A program made the translations under genes and the position numbers. Positions 1-12,362 of a stretch of DNA of 64,000 nt are shown in pieces (position 1 is the stretch's first letter; each line of letters starts with the position of its first letter). Under the pieces are notes generated by a model. The model made no database searches and was not told where the DNA came from. It saw only the letters and a program-made list of their open reading frames with translations. The DNA lies in contig OZ024745.1 in NCBI GenBank assembly GCA_964016885.1, positions 20,956,001 through 21,020,000 of the forward strand, in the 5' to 3' direction. This DNA comes from Eledone cirrhosa. Taxonomy: Eukaryota.

Positions 1-184
1 GCCAGATTCGCGGAATTTTAGCAGTAACAGCACCTATACAGGGAACTTTAATGGTGGCAGCGGCCTGCTCCCCACTCCAAGTAGCAAACTAAAAATCAAC
101 CCTAAAATAGGAATGAGAAATGGGATGACAAATAACAAATCCCCAGGTAATAATAACCCTAGGAAGGCCCCTACCAACTCCACT

Positions 185-410
185 AGAACCCCTAGAAGGA
201 ATAGACCTAGAAATATCACCTGGCTTAACCCCCCATTCTCATCTAATCTAGCCACTAATATCCCCAAACGCTTCTTCTCTATCCTATCTAAACACTTTCC
301 CCCAACCATAGATATTACAAACTCTTTAATAAAAATAACATTAAAATCTCATTCTCCACAACACCCAACCTAGCTAGCCACATCGCGTTCAGTAACCATC
401 ATAAGCTAAG
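185..410 (+). pseudogene. Penelope-like element fragment (RT thumb to GIY-YIG linker), frameshifted
   Basis: Translates RPRNITWLNPPFSSNLATNIPKRFFSILSKHFPP, then across frameshifts HRYYKLFNKNNIK..STTPNLASHI. This matches the PLE motif RNIIWFNPPFS..TNI..F..KHFP..KIFN...K.SYS..PN. Confidence 0.8.
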
Positions 411-741
411 ACATTATAACTCCCACACCGCGGTACCACCACCCCTATCAAATTACCTCCCTTACATTGTCTCTCAATTAAAAATTAGCACTTAACTATA
501 AACACCCACAATTTCTAATCTCTCGAGAAGTTACTTCCTCTGAAACCACCCTCTAATTTGTAAGGTAAATATGACCTTTGGCAGCCATCTTGTTACCCAT
601 AGGCAGATCTCACACAATGCAGCCTCGACAGATGAATACTGCTTGATTATGGCTGACAACTGATGCAACCAATACACCATAGTAAAAACCAATATATGGA
701 ACATTATATTATGTAACATTATCTCATTATTTTAATCTATA

Positions 742-929
742 AAAGGGCGGTGGATTGGCAGTATTGGTAGAGGGTCGGACGCCATGTTTTCCAGCATAGT
801 TACGTCCCTTTATGATCTGAGTTCAAATCCCGCCGAGGTTGACTTTGCCTTTCATCCTTACGGGGTCGATAAAATAAAGTACCAGTAATGCACTGGGTAA
901 TTGCTGGCCTTGTGCCTAAAGTAGAAACA
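742..929 (+). mobile_element. tRNA-derived SINE (family A) with 16-bp target site duplication
   Basis: A-box-like TGGCAGTATTGG, B-box GAGTTCAAATC and central GCCTTTCATCCTTACGGGGTCGATAAAATAAAGTACCAG. Flanking direct repeat ATTATTTTAATCTATA at 726-741 and 930-945. Many copies in the window. Confidence 0.9.
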
Positions 930-955
930 ATTATTTTAATCTATATTCCTTTGAA

Positions 956-1075
956 GTTCTGATGAGCCGCTCTATCTTTTAAATATGTTAATTATTTTCA
1001 ACTGAACCAGACCAATTATGATATATAGTCATCTGATCCAGAAATATTATATGGAGTAGCGAAACAATTGTAAAC
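956..1075 (+). ncRNA. Type I hammerhead ribozyme-like motif with long stem II insertion (Penelope pLTR type)
   Basis: GTT-CTGATGA-GCCGCTC...GAGTAGC-GAAA-CAATT-GTA-AAC. Core intact, palindromic stem III ACAATTGT, 3-bp stem I GTT/AAC. Confidence 0.55.
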
Positions 1076-1215
1076 GGACATTATTATTATTAATATTATT
1101 ATTATTATTCTGTACATTCCTTACATCAAACTAAAATATGTTGACAATCTTTTAATAATGTCTTCCTTGTGAAATTTGTAGTCTTGTTGTGCTTAACTAA
1201 TGAATATATATATAA

Positions 1216-1271
<56 letters not shown>

Positions 1272-1276
<5 letters not shown>

Positions 1277-1469
1277 AACGAGTAGGACCCCGACGGCTGA
1301 GCTCAAGCCGTTTCGACGGCTAATTCTGGACTAGTCCAGAATTAGCCGTCGAAACGGCTTGAGCTCAGCCGTCGGGGTCCTACTCGTTCCTATTACTCAC
1401 TCTACTACCCTAAGTATTGAGTACTTTGGTGCGTTATGGTCCACCTGGTTCCTTACCACATTTCCTTCG

Positions 1470-1470
<1 letters not shown>
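1272..1470 (+). mobile_element. Palindromic mini-element copy 1 in (TA)n
   Basis: Perfect 122-bp palindrome 1272-1393 (centre 1332/1333) plus a ~77-bp unique tail. (TA)n on both sides. Homologues at 3860 and 62402. Confidence 0.85.
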
Positions 1471-1518
<48 letters not shown>

Positions 1519-1622
1519 AGTATGGTATTCGAAGGCTACGACAATGCAAAATGAACGGTAGATTTTGGAATAAACTGAAGGTAACGAATATGTTAGTGGG
1601 TCACATGTTATTTTATTTACCT

Positions 1623-1662
1623 GTCCTAATATTTCGGGTCTACAATCCCTTCATCATAAGAG
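1623..1662 (-). ncRNA. Degenerate minimal hammerhead motif
   Basis: Minus strand ATGATGA-AGGG-attgtaga-CCC-GAAA-TAT-TA. C3 is mutated and stem I is weak. Confidence 0.4.
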
Positions 1663-1803
1663 TATAATGAAAAACTGGCTCGACGTTCGTGTTTTCATTG
1701 CTATTATACAAATGTTATTTGATCAACACATTCAACAGAGAAACAACATTGACGAACTCGAACGGACCATATACATATATATACAAATATATATATATAT
1801 ATT

Positions 1804-1879
<76 letters not shown>

Positions 1880-2149
1880 TTTGTTTGTCTGTGTATATAT
1901 ATATATATATATATATCAGCTAAGTTTTTAATATATGTGATATAAGACCTTATATAAAAAGCTAATCAACGTTCTCTATCACTTCCAGGCCGGCTGCATT
2001 AACGATTACACATTAGTGCTCCACCATTCCTTCCGTTCAAATTAAGTACCCTAAATGTTGCTGATATCATCTAACGTTTCTGGCTTCACAAGTATATTAT
2101 TTGTTTCACAGACAATTTGTCAGCCACTCAGACTGATGTCTAAATTATC

Positions 2150-2290
2150 ACACTTGGTTTCGATTTTTAAGCCAATATTTAATCCGGTGTATTCGAACAA
2201 ATTATAAAATATCGTGCCACGATTTTAACATAAGACATTATAGCTAGGAATTGTGGACAAGAAAATAGCAACAGGTCCATTCATTATATG
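2150..2290 (-). pseudogene. Probable Penelope ORF N-terminal relic
   Basis: Minus strand reads VHN(F)SYNVL..HDIL across frameshifts, resembling the PLE VHNFSSY.LS motif. Heavily decayed. Confidence 0.3.
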
Positions 2291-2756
2291 TTTAGGAGTT
2301 GTAGCAGGCGATCTTGTTATTGATTTCATTAGAGAGACAGTTATACATCTTTGTTAAATGAAGTACTATAAATCATATACATTAAGCTGGTGTTTTTTTT
2401 TCAACCTGTGTATATTTGTGTATTTTGTCTGGTTGTCTTTATTTTTAGTGTGTGTGTGTCTTTCTAGCAAACGGTTTTGCTAGTATAATTGTCAGATACT
2501 GATTGTGTTTTAAGTAACAAAGTTCGCAAATTGAGAGGTCACTTTCCTTTAACCTCCCTCACTGTCAGGGAGGGAAGTGATTTGACCAAGAAGTTTCCAG
2601 TTGTCAGGGCATTTGACACTGGCAATAGGTAAGCAGGAGATTGCCCACAATCCAGTAATCTCAAATGCTTCCAACAGATTCAACTCCACTAAAGGCACAC
2701 ATTAACCACTTCTTGATATTAAACTAGGCAACAGAATAAACCTACTTGCCGTCTCT

Positions 2757-2890
<134 letters not shown>

Positions 2891-2929
2891 CCCCTCTCTT
2901 TAAAACACGGGGCATTGAGAGATCTATAC

Positions 2930-3135
2930 ACCATGATAATAATGAACTCATATACCTCGATAACTTCTATTTGATCAAACAGAAGGGTAATACTTATTTC
3001 GACGTATGCATGGGGTTCTATAATGGATCAGAGGTTTACGACCTCATAGGATGTTTTATTACTGACACAATAAAGGACACCACTTTTCATATCTCTATAT
3101 TATACACCGATGACGGCTTAGTAATTATTATACAA
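2930..3135 (+). pseudogene. Penelope RT fragment
   Basis: [28 protein letters not shown]...LYTDDGLVII matches PLE RT FDVTMGSYDGAEVCELVG...LYRDDGL. Confidence 0.75.
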
Positions 3136-3859
3136 CACGAAACGGCAGGCCATGGATAGATGTACAAAATATTTAATGAGGAAAAAGAAATTTTATTTGG
3201 GCAAAGCTTTAAACAACAATTTAACGACAGAAAACCTTCTAAGCATATGCTAGACTTAATCAGTAGCAAACACGCCAAGGGAGTTCACTCTGTATATACA
3301 CCAAATTTCCCCCTATCCCATCCACTCCACTAACCATAATTAGTAGTCCTGTAGCTAGAATATGTAAAAATGCCTGTGATTTACGTTTCCACGTGAATAT
3401 CTTTAATATTGCCGTCAATAATAAAATGATACACAAGCTATAAATATCTTTCGCGAGACGATAGTTTACATAGATTATAGAAGAAACGAAAGAATCCTAA
3501 ACTGTTTTAATCCACCCTATAATAACCCAGACGGCATAACTATCTTCCCCGTCCCATTTCGCTGTGGTAAACCCCCACCTGGGATGCCACATGCAACAAC
3601 ACACTCTCTAGCGACAACCTGGTGCAATCTGTGACTAACCCAGGCTCTGCGGCACTTCGGGCCGAGGAGGGTTAACTCTCCAAATATCGGTCGCTCTCCG
3701 ACAGGCTTATGGTCGAACCAGTAGCAGTGGACTGCTCTAGAGTCCTTGGCACCATAACTTGCTTTGGTGTCCTTGAAATATGTATAATGAAATAAATATG
3801 GTTTTATAAATATAGTTTCCATTTGTTAATATATTGTATATATATATATATATATATAT

Positions 3860-4055
3860 ATAGGACAAAGTTTAACCCCGACGGCAGAGTTCAAGCCGTT
3901 TCGACGGCTATTTCTGGAGTCCAGAAATAGCCGTCGAAACGGCTTGAGCTCTGCCGTCGGGGTTAAACTTTTTCCTATTACCCACTCTACTACCCTAAGT
4001 ATTGAGTACTCTGGTGCGTTATGGTCCATCTGATTCCTTACCACACCTCCTTCGT
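3860..4055 (+). mobile_element. Palindromic mini-element copy 2 in (TA)n
   Basis: 119-bp palindrome 3860-3978 with 2 mismatches, followed by the same tail as copy 1. Confidence 0.85.
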
Positions 4056-4066
4056 TATATACAGAT

Positions 4067-4250
4067 ATAAAGGGCGGTGGATTGGCAGTATCGGTAGAGA
4101 GTCGGACGCCATGCTTTAGAGCAGAGTTACGTCCCTTTACGTTCTGAGTTCAAATCCCGCCAAGGTTAACTTTACCTTATGGGGTCGATAAAATAAAGTA
4201 CCAGTAATGTACTGAGATAATTACTGGCCTTGTGCCAAAAATAGAAACAG

Positions 4251-4251
<1 letters not shown>
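4067..4251 (+). mobile_element. tRNA-derived SINE (family A)
   Basis: Near-identical to 742-929 with a short internal deletion. Confidence 0.9.
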
Positions 4252-4285
<34 letters not shown>

Positions 4286-4790
4286 CATGTGTGTATGCGT
4301 GTATGTGTATATATATGAATGCATAATTACACAAAACATATACATATTCACACACATGTACTATATACATAGATAGAGGGAGAAACCAGACAAACTAATA
4401 TAATCACACACGTACGCAGGACTTCTCAACACCTCATCTTTCACACTTCTTCTTCTTCACTGTCTCTTAACACTTACGGCTGTTATGTATAGTTCTCACA
4501 TTTCACGCCAGTCGGATGACTGCATCAGACATCCAAAACCCGAAACATTTTCACTGGTCCCTCCCTTTCCTTACCATGGGCTTTACTCTCTCCATCTTTC
4601 TCTCTCACCGTCTCATCTTATATCTTTTTCTCCGCTTTATTTCATTATTTCACACTTTCTCGAATTTTCTCACGCTCATCACACAGCCACTCCACACACA
4701 TACATACACACATACACTCACACACACACACACACAAATATATATATATATATATACACGCGTGAACACACACAACCACACATACTCACG

Positions 4791-4828
<38 letters not shown>

Positions 4829-5499
4829 ATAGTTGGTAGTAACACGTTTGTGTGAATTGTTATTAAGTGAAAAGAAGTACTAAATACAGTGAGCAAGAGT
4901 GGAATAAAATGTAATCGAAACTGAGTTTCATTGAACTTCTATTCGGCGTTTCTCATTCCCTAGTTTCAGGCAATCGATCTTCTGGTGAAGAACGGTTTTG
5001 TTTTTATTTACACATTGTTTATTTACATAAGTTCATTTTTATTCAAATTTTGAAACTTCCCGACCTTTCTTGTACTAGTTATTTTTTATTCGTTCATTTA
5101 TTTATTTGCTGACCAACGTATGAGGATCGGCTCAAAATTCCATAAGCTGACCCCTAACGTTCAACATTGTCCTTGGTCCACTTTGTCTTTCATCGTTTTA
5201 GGGTTGATATGAACAAGTCCCGTTCCAGAACTGGGGTCGATTCTTTCTCTTCACTTCTTTACTATTTCCTACATATCACGTTCACTCTCCTCCTTGATTG
5301 GGTTCAAACCAGGAGATGGGTGGCTTAAAATGGTCAAGACACTCTGTATACGACAATAGTGCCACTTCACTCCACCAGATGTTACAGGGTCTCTATTATC
5401 AGATAAATATAGACATAACTCTTCTTATCTTGCTTCTTTTTTGTTTGTCCGTTATATAAACAGTTTTAGCACTTCTGTTATGTTTATTAATCAACTTTG

Positions 5500-5745
5500 A
5501 AGCTATCCTCATAAATAATAGACTCAGATGGGTTGGCCATATCGTCCGCATGTGTCATTGTAGACCTGTAACGAACTTCTTTTTTTTGTGAGCTTGAGGA
5601 TGGTGCTGGACATGTTCGACATGTAGGACGTCCTCTCTTGAGTTATAAAGACACGATCAAGGATATTTTGAGAAAAGGTAACATTCTTCACTGCCGGAGG
5701 CATTATGTTGATGACAGACCAATATGGCGGAAGCTAATCCCTGAT
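5500..5745 (+). pseudogene. RTE-like LINE RT C-terminal fragment
   Basis: RLRWVGHIVRM...ELEDGAG.VRHVGRPLLSYKDTIKDILRK...DDRPIWRKLI matches the RTE-type LRW.GHV.RM...GRP..R.KD...DR..WR motif. Confidence 0.75.
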
Positions 5746-6481
5746 GTAAGCATCTATACTGAAAACCAAAGGAAGCAGGACAACAAGAGAAAAGGGTAGA
5801 AATGACACAATAATACGATGGATCGATTGATATAATGAACAGACTGTGTTATGCTATTAAAACTAACTGGAATGAGTGCTTGGATATCCGGCTGAAACTC
5901 ATCTTGTGAACTGTTGTTTGCTCGTATCGGAACTCAGACAAACGTATGTTTATTAGCAGAATTCACCGTATTGAGCACCAAAGAAAATAATGCTGGCATA
6001 TATTTCGAAATAAACACACGCTGTTATGATTAGTGTTAATTCGTTTTCAGTGATACTTTATATATCAGTGTTCCAAAGATGTCAGGTCAGGTTTCTACTG
6101 ATGTCATGTAGCCCTGTATAACCTGCTTTATAATCGACTGGTCGGCAACTAAACCGGTTCACCCACCAGACCAAAGTTTGGTGGGTTAAGTAGAACCCCA
6201 ACAGCATAAAGAAAAAATAACAAGAGCTGTTAAAAGGGCAGATGAACTCCTCATGGATGAAATAGCCTCACCAACCCGCAATTGACCAAGCCTGGCGAGT
6301 ACGACTACACCCTTGACATGAAGAAAACCAATCAGTAAACGGTAAAGATCAACCAGGGAATGGTTCCTCCAACAGGAGTGAGAAGATCCTGTATTGGATT
6401 GAATTGGATTCCAAAGAGGAATAACTTGGGAATATTTTCAAGAACATAACAAGAACATCACAAGAACAACACATTCATGCA

Positions 6482-6537
<56 letters not shown>

Positions 6538-7131
6538 TGTGTACAAACACACACACGCATATAAATACACAAACATACACTCACACATAAATACATTCAC
6601 ACACACATAGATACACAAACACAAACATACATACATAAATACATAAATACTTTCCCCAAAATCACAGAAACACTCAATCGCACACAGAAATACACACAAA
6701 TAAACACATATATATATCATGCTACTATCTACCCGTCTCGATATTTTTTCCTTTTCTTCCACCCTCACACTCCACCATATTCCCCGTCAAACTCCAACAC
6801 ACTCCACCTCAATCTCCGTCACTTTCTCTACATATTATTATATTATACTTTCTACCATTATACAGTCTGGCGCCCTTAATCTTAATCCAGACCTGAACAT
6901 CCTTTCATTCGTCATCATCACATACCCCTAAATAGCAATTCTTCCCACCGACCAACGGAACTACCCCACCAGTCATACATATTCTACACCCTCTACTACC
7001 CCTATGGAAGTTTTCCGGAAAATTCCATTATTCTTAATTTTCTTGCTTTTGGTGAATTTTACGGCTTTGTTTTAGTTGTAATTTTTTTTGTTTTTATTGT
7101 TGTTCTTATTGTTTGTTCTACCCAAAGTCAA

Positions 7132-7144
<13 letters not shown>

Positions 7145-7170
<26 letters not shown>

Positions 7171-7637
7171 ACAACCATACACACAGATACACACAACCTT
7201 TCAGATACAGACTTTCACACACACACAAACAAACACAATCATACATACAAAGTCTACACCCCAGCCTCAAACCCACATCCCACCAGTTACGCATACAATC
7301 ATTCTTAGTCATGCATACATAAACGCACATAGATACACACATACATACACACATCACATACATACATACACACATACATACACACATATATAAACACACA
7401 TACAAACATACATACATACATACACACATACATACACACATACATACACACATACATACACACATACATACATACACACATACATAAACGCACATACATA
7501 CACACATACACACACACATACATACATACACACATACATACACACATAAACACATACATACACACATACATACACACATACATACATACATACATACATA
7601 CATACATACATACATACATACATACATACATACATAC
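7145..7637. repeat. (CA)n/(CATA)n microsatellite complex
   Basis: Direct inspection. Confidence 0.9.
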
Positions 7638-8084
7638 ATGGTGGCTGCCAACTCGTTTTCGAGTACGGCCACTACTTTATATCCATGTAGGAGAACCCCT
7701 ACCGATGCGCTGAACAAGTGTGACTTTTTAGTCCAGCCAGCGACTTGAAAACTCTGGTACAAACACTACACTTGTGACAATTACTGCCACATAGTGCTGG
7801 GCCCATGGTACCATGTGATGACAAGTGCAGAGAGATCTCCAGATATAAAGAAATGCCTGTGCTGTGAAGCTTTTATAGTGAGCAACGGCACTGCACAAAG
7901 CCAGTCCCACTCTCTTAACCAAGATGATATTTACCAAAAAGAAGAACAAGTCAACATCATTGGATACCATCAGGGTTGCAGGTGTTATATCAGAGTTTTC
8001 CTTCTCCTAGAATTCTTCCTTGACAAAGGCTAAGAGGTCATCTCTCTCGGTGATTTTGGATGGCCATTGACTCTTAAGAGCGCC

Positions 8085-8115
<31 letters not shown>

Positions 8116-8264
8116 CATACATACATACATACATACATACATACATACATACATACATACATGCATACATACATGTAGATTATATATGATGTATGCATAT
8201 TTTGTATTTATGCATGTATGTATGCCTGTATGTATGCCTGCATGTATGCATATATGCATTCGTG

Positions 8265-8455
8265 CAGTGAGCCGGACAACCTGCTTTGCAGAATAGAGTT
8301 ACGGCCCTTTAAGATCTGAGTTCAAATCCCGCCGAGGTTAAATTTACCTTTCATCCTTACGGGGTTGCTAAAATAAAGTACCAGTCACGCCCTGGGGTCG
8401 ATTTAATCGATTCCCCCGAAAGAATTGCTGGCCTTGTGCCTATATAAAAAACCAT
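8265..8455 (+). mobile_element. tRNA-derived SINE (family A, longer 3' variant)
   Basis: B-box GAGTTCAAATC, central domain and an extra CTGGGGTCGATTTAATCGA segment. Confidence 0.85.
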
Positions 8456-8463
8456 CATTTACC

Positions 8464-8778
8464 AATACAGTACTATAGAGTACTATACAATACAATACAG
8501 TATAATGCATTACTATAGAGTACTATATAGTATACAATACAGTACTATAGAGTACTATACAATACAGTACAGTACAATGCAATACAATATAGTGCAGTGC
8601 AGTATAATACAGAACAGTACGGTATAATTCAGTACAGTATAGTACAGTAGAGTGCAACAGAGTACAGTGTAATACAATACAACAGAGTTTAGTACTATAC
8701 AATATAGTGCAGTACAGTCCACAGTAATACAGTACAATACAACAGAACTTCCCTCAATATACAGTACAGTACAGTACA
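8464..8778. repeat. Degenerate pentanucleotide repeat (TACAG/TACAA)n
   Basis: Direct inspection. Confidence 0.85.
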
Positions 8779-8915
8779 TAATCTAATCAGAAATAAAATG
8801 AACATATATATATACACACACACACAAACACACACACACACACCCTGACGCACAAGTACACTCACACACACTGACGCACAAACGTATTATATATATATAT
8901 ATACATATATATATG

Positions 8916-9007
<92 letters not shown>

Positions 9008-9134
9008 GGGTGAAAGTAGTAATAATATAAACAGGATAAGAAGAAAAAATAGCCGATGGCAATCGAACTACACGCCACTGAGCCGATAGGAATATCACAG
9101 TGATACGTCTTGGACGCTTGCCATTCTTCTTATA

Positions 9135-9447
9135 TGAGTGTGGGGTGTGGGAGTGTGTGTATGTATGTGTTTGTGTATATGTGTGTGTGAGTGTGTTTGT
9201 GGTGGTGGCGGCGGTGGTGGGATGTATGGGTGTGTGTGTTTGTGTGTATGTGCGTGAGAGAGTCTGTGTGTATGACTGTGTGTGTGTGTATGTGTGTGAG
9301 GGTGTGTGTGTGTATACATGTGTTTGTTTATATGTATGTGTTTGTGTATATGTGCGTGTGAGTGTGTTTATGGTGGTGGCGGTGGTGGGATGTAAGGGTT
9401 TGTGTGTTTGTGTGTATGTGCGTGAGAGGGTGTGTGTGTGTGTGTCT

Positions 9448-9489
<42 letters not shown>

Positions 9490-9738
9490 TTGTGTATATG
9501 TGTGTGTTCATGTGTGTTTGTGGTGGTGTTGGTGGTGGTGTGTATGGGTTTGTGTGTTTGTGTGTATGTGCGTGTGTGAGTGTGTGTGTGCGTGTGTGAG
9601 TGTGTGTGTATGTGTTTGTTCATGTGTGTTTGTGGTGTGTGTGTTCATGTGTGTTTGTGGTGGTGTTGGTGGCGGTGTGTATGGGTTTGTGTGTTTGTGT
9701 GTATGTGCGTGAGAGGGTGTGTGTGTGTGTGTGTGTGT

Positions 9739-9776
<38 letters not shown>

Positions 9777-10010
9777 TTGTGTATATGTGTGTGTTCATGT
9801 GTGTTTGTGGTGGTGTGTATGGGTTTGTGTGTTTGTGTGTATGTGCGTGAGAGTGTGTGTGTGTGTGTGTGAGTGTGAGTGGGTATGTGTGTGAGTGTGT
9901 GTGTGTATGTATATGTTTGTGTATATGTGTGTGTTCATGTGTAAATGTGGTGGTGGTGGGGTGTATGTATGTGTGTGTGTTTGTGTGTATATGCGTCAGT
10001 GTGTGTGTAA
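9135..10010. repeat. (TG)-rich compound minisatellite
   Basis: Recurrent unit TTTGTGGTGGTG..TGTATGGGTTTGTGTGTTTGTGTGTATGTGCGTGAGAG with (TG)n. Confidence 0.8.
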
Positions 10011-10211
10011 TTTTGATATTTTATGGGAGTCGGGTTTTGTGGTTGCTAGATCTTGCCTATATTTTTGTTTATTTGCTCTACGTTTTTTTAAATCTCTATA
10101 TGTATGTTTGTATGTTTGTATGTATGTGTGTGTGTGTGTGTGTGTATGTATGTGTGTATATACAGGAATGTATGTGTGTTTGTAAGCACGGGTGTATGTA
10201 TATATATATAT

Positions 10212-10242
<31 letters not shown>

Positions 10243-10304
10243 GTATACATATATATATAAATATATATATATATTTGTGTATATACATATATATATATAT
10301 ACAG

Positions 10305-10335
<31 letters not shown>

Positions 10336-11004
10336 TTCCAATTCGAATGCACGCAATGCCCAAGTTTTTGCCTCGAGTCTTTCAGTTTCTTTCTCATTCT
10401 CTCTCTCATCTCTCTCCACCCCCTCTCTTTCTCTCTCTCAACCTAGTTGTCTGTCTCTCTCATCCATCTATCATACTAATCCTATCCTTACATCTTCGTA
10501 TCTCTTTTATTCTTTCTTTACTATATTTATTTTCTCTACAGCTCTGACTGTTTCCTTCTGTGTGACACACCGACAAGTTCATTTGCTAAAGTCTGGGGCA
10601 CTGCAACCATCAATCACAAATCATTCTTGAGTTCATAAAAAATGTACGGCGTACGCCTGGTAGGCAAGACTTTCTCTCAACACTCTACATCATTTGGCGT
10701 TTGTTTGTCGCTTTTCCGCAGAAGAAAAAAAAAGTATCATAAAATGTTATGTTTATAAGTTATAAAAGGAAACTTAAGTACAAATATATTTTTCTAAGAT
10801 ATTTGTTTTTACTTGATGATTCACAGTGTACCGGCAGAAAATAATCTCACATTTGAGGTTGTAGGCAACTCTATAACAACATTTTCTTCTGTCAGACCAG
10901 CGAAAATACGTTTTCTAGTTTCTCGTAATTGCATCAAACTATGAGGACAGAAAGTCTCTTTTTTATCGCAAACTATTAATTGTATCTATGGATAGATACA
11001 ATTA

Positions 11005-11145
11005 TGGTCCGTTGGTTAAGAAGTTTGTTTCGAAATTATAAGGTGCCGGGTGTAATCTCAATGTGTGGAATACTGGGGAAGTGCCATTTGCCAAAGCCTC
11101 GAGTTGATCAAAGCCGTGTAAGTGAAATTGAATAGACATGAACTA
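11005..11145 (+). mobile_element. Decayed tRNA-SINE (family B)
   Basis: TGGTTAAGAAGTTTG..CCGGGTGTAATC..GGGGAAGTG..AGCCTCGAG..CAAAGCC. tRNA-like head and body resembling a common octopus SINE, recalled from memory and not searched. Confidence 0.5.
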
Positions 11146-11324
11146 GTTGGACACCCATCTAATGAACTGTCTCTCCCCAACAATACACATAGCCTAAAAA
11201 TCACTTGCCCGCTATTTGTCCCGGGGTGTCTGGAGAGGAAGGTCAATGATTATGTTATAATGTTTTACATTTCTTCCTCTTTCTCACTCACTACTTTTCT
11301 ATTTTATCTTTTATTTCTCATTCT

Positions 11325-11362
11325 ATCTTCTGATGAAGGACTACTATCCGAAACGTAAATAA
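11325..11362 (+). ncRNA. Minimal hammerhead ribozyme motif (PLE-type)
   Basis: CTGATGA-A-GGA-ctacta-TCC-GAAA-CG-TA. Core intact, palindromic ACGT stem III, stem I only 2 bp. Confidence 0.55.
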
Positions 11363-11431
11363 TATTTTCCTATTATATCAAGTGTTAAACTTCATTATTT
11401 CATCATTCTACTGTGTTATTTGCTTTGTTTG

Positions 11432-11478
<47 letters not shown>

Positions 11479-11767
11479 ATCCTGGTATGTTTATACACAT
11501 TTTTTCTTCTGACTTTAATTTTATACCTAATTGTGTATGGTTGACGATATATTTAATCGATTTCCACGTGCTATTGAAATGGTGGGTAAATATTCTATAG
11601 CTGTTGATCGCGAATAGATGGCTGTCGTTTATTTATCTATTATTTCTTTATAGGTGCCTTTTAATCTTATAGCTGGTTTAATTGGTTTTTTGTGTGGTTG
11701 ATTATGCTAAATGGGAGAGGAAATGGTGTATATATCTTATCAAATGATTCTATGGACATAATTTATA

Positions 11768-11814
<47 letters not shown>

Positions 11815-11923
11815 AAGAATTAGTATATCTACCAACATATATATACAGATGCATACCTATGCTAGCAAATATATAGGTTTTGTCTTAGTAACTTTGTGGT
11901 TCAATGCAAGGGGATGTCTTTAA

Positions 11924-11985
<62 letters not shown>

Positions 11986-11987
<2 letters not shown>

Positions 11988-12282
11988 TATAAAAGGCAGA
12001 TTGTTGTTGTTGTGTGTGTGCATATTCCATGTTTATAGATTTGCACAATTTCAAACCGATTCGACTCAACGTCTGTAAAAATGTTGTAAATGGTCTAACT
12101 TAGGTCACCGACTATTTATTTCACTCAAACTCACCCAGAATTACTGAGATAATCGATAAAACTAAATACATGGCGCTTTACCCTTCTAATACAATCAGAA
12201 TTCCTCTCTCTACTCCCCTTAAAATTCGATAAAACTACATACATGCTGCAACTTTCTCTTATATACGATTAAACTTACAAAC

Positions 12283-12362
<80 letters not shown>

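Noticed and set aside
742-830. tRNA gene
   Set aside because: A/B boxes are present, but the spacing is extended, there is no cloverleaf, and it continues into a SINE body.
3630-3680. Twister or HDV ribozyme
   Set aside because: A hairpin is present, but the conserved twister AAG/pseudoknot and the HDV nested pseudoknot could not be built.
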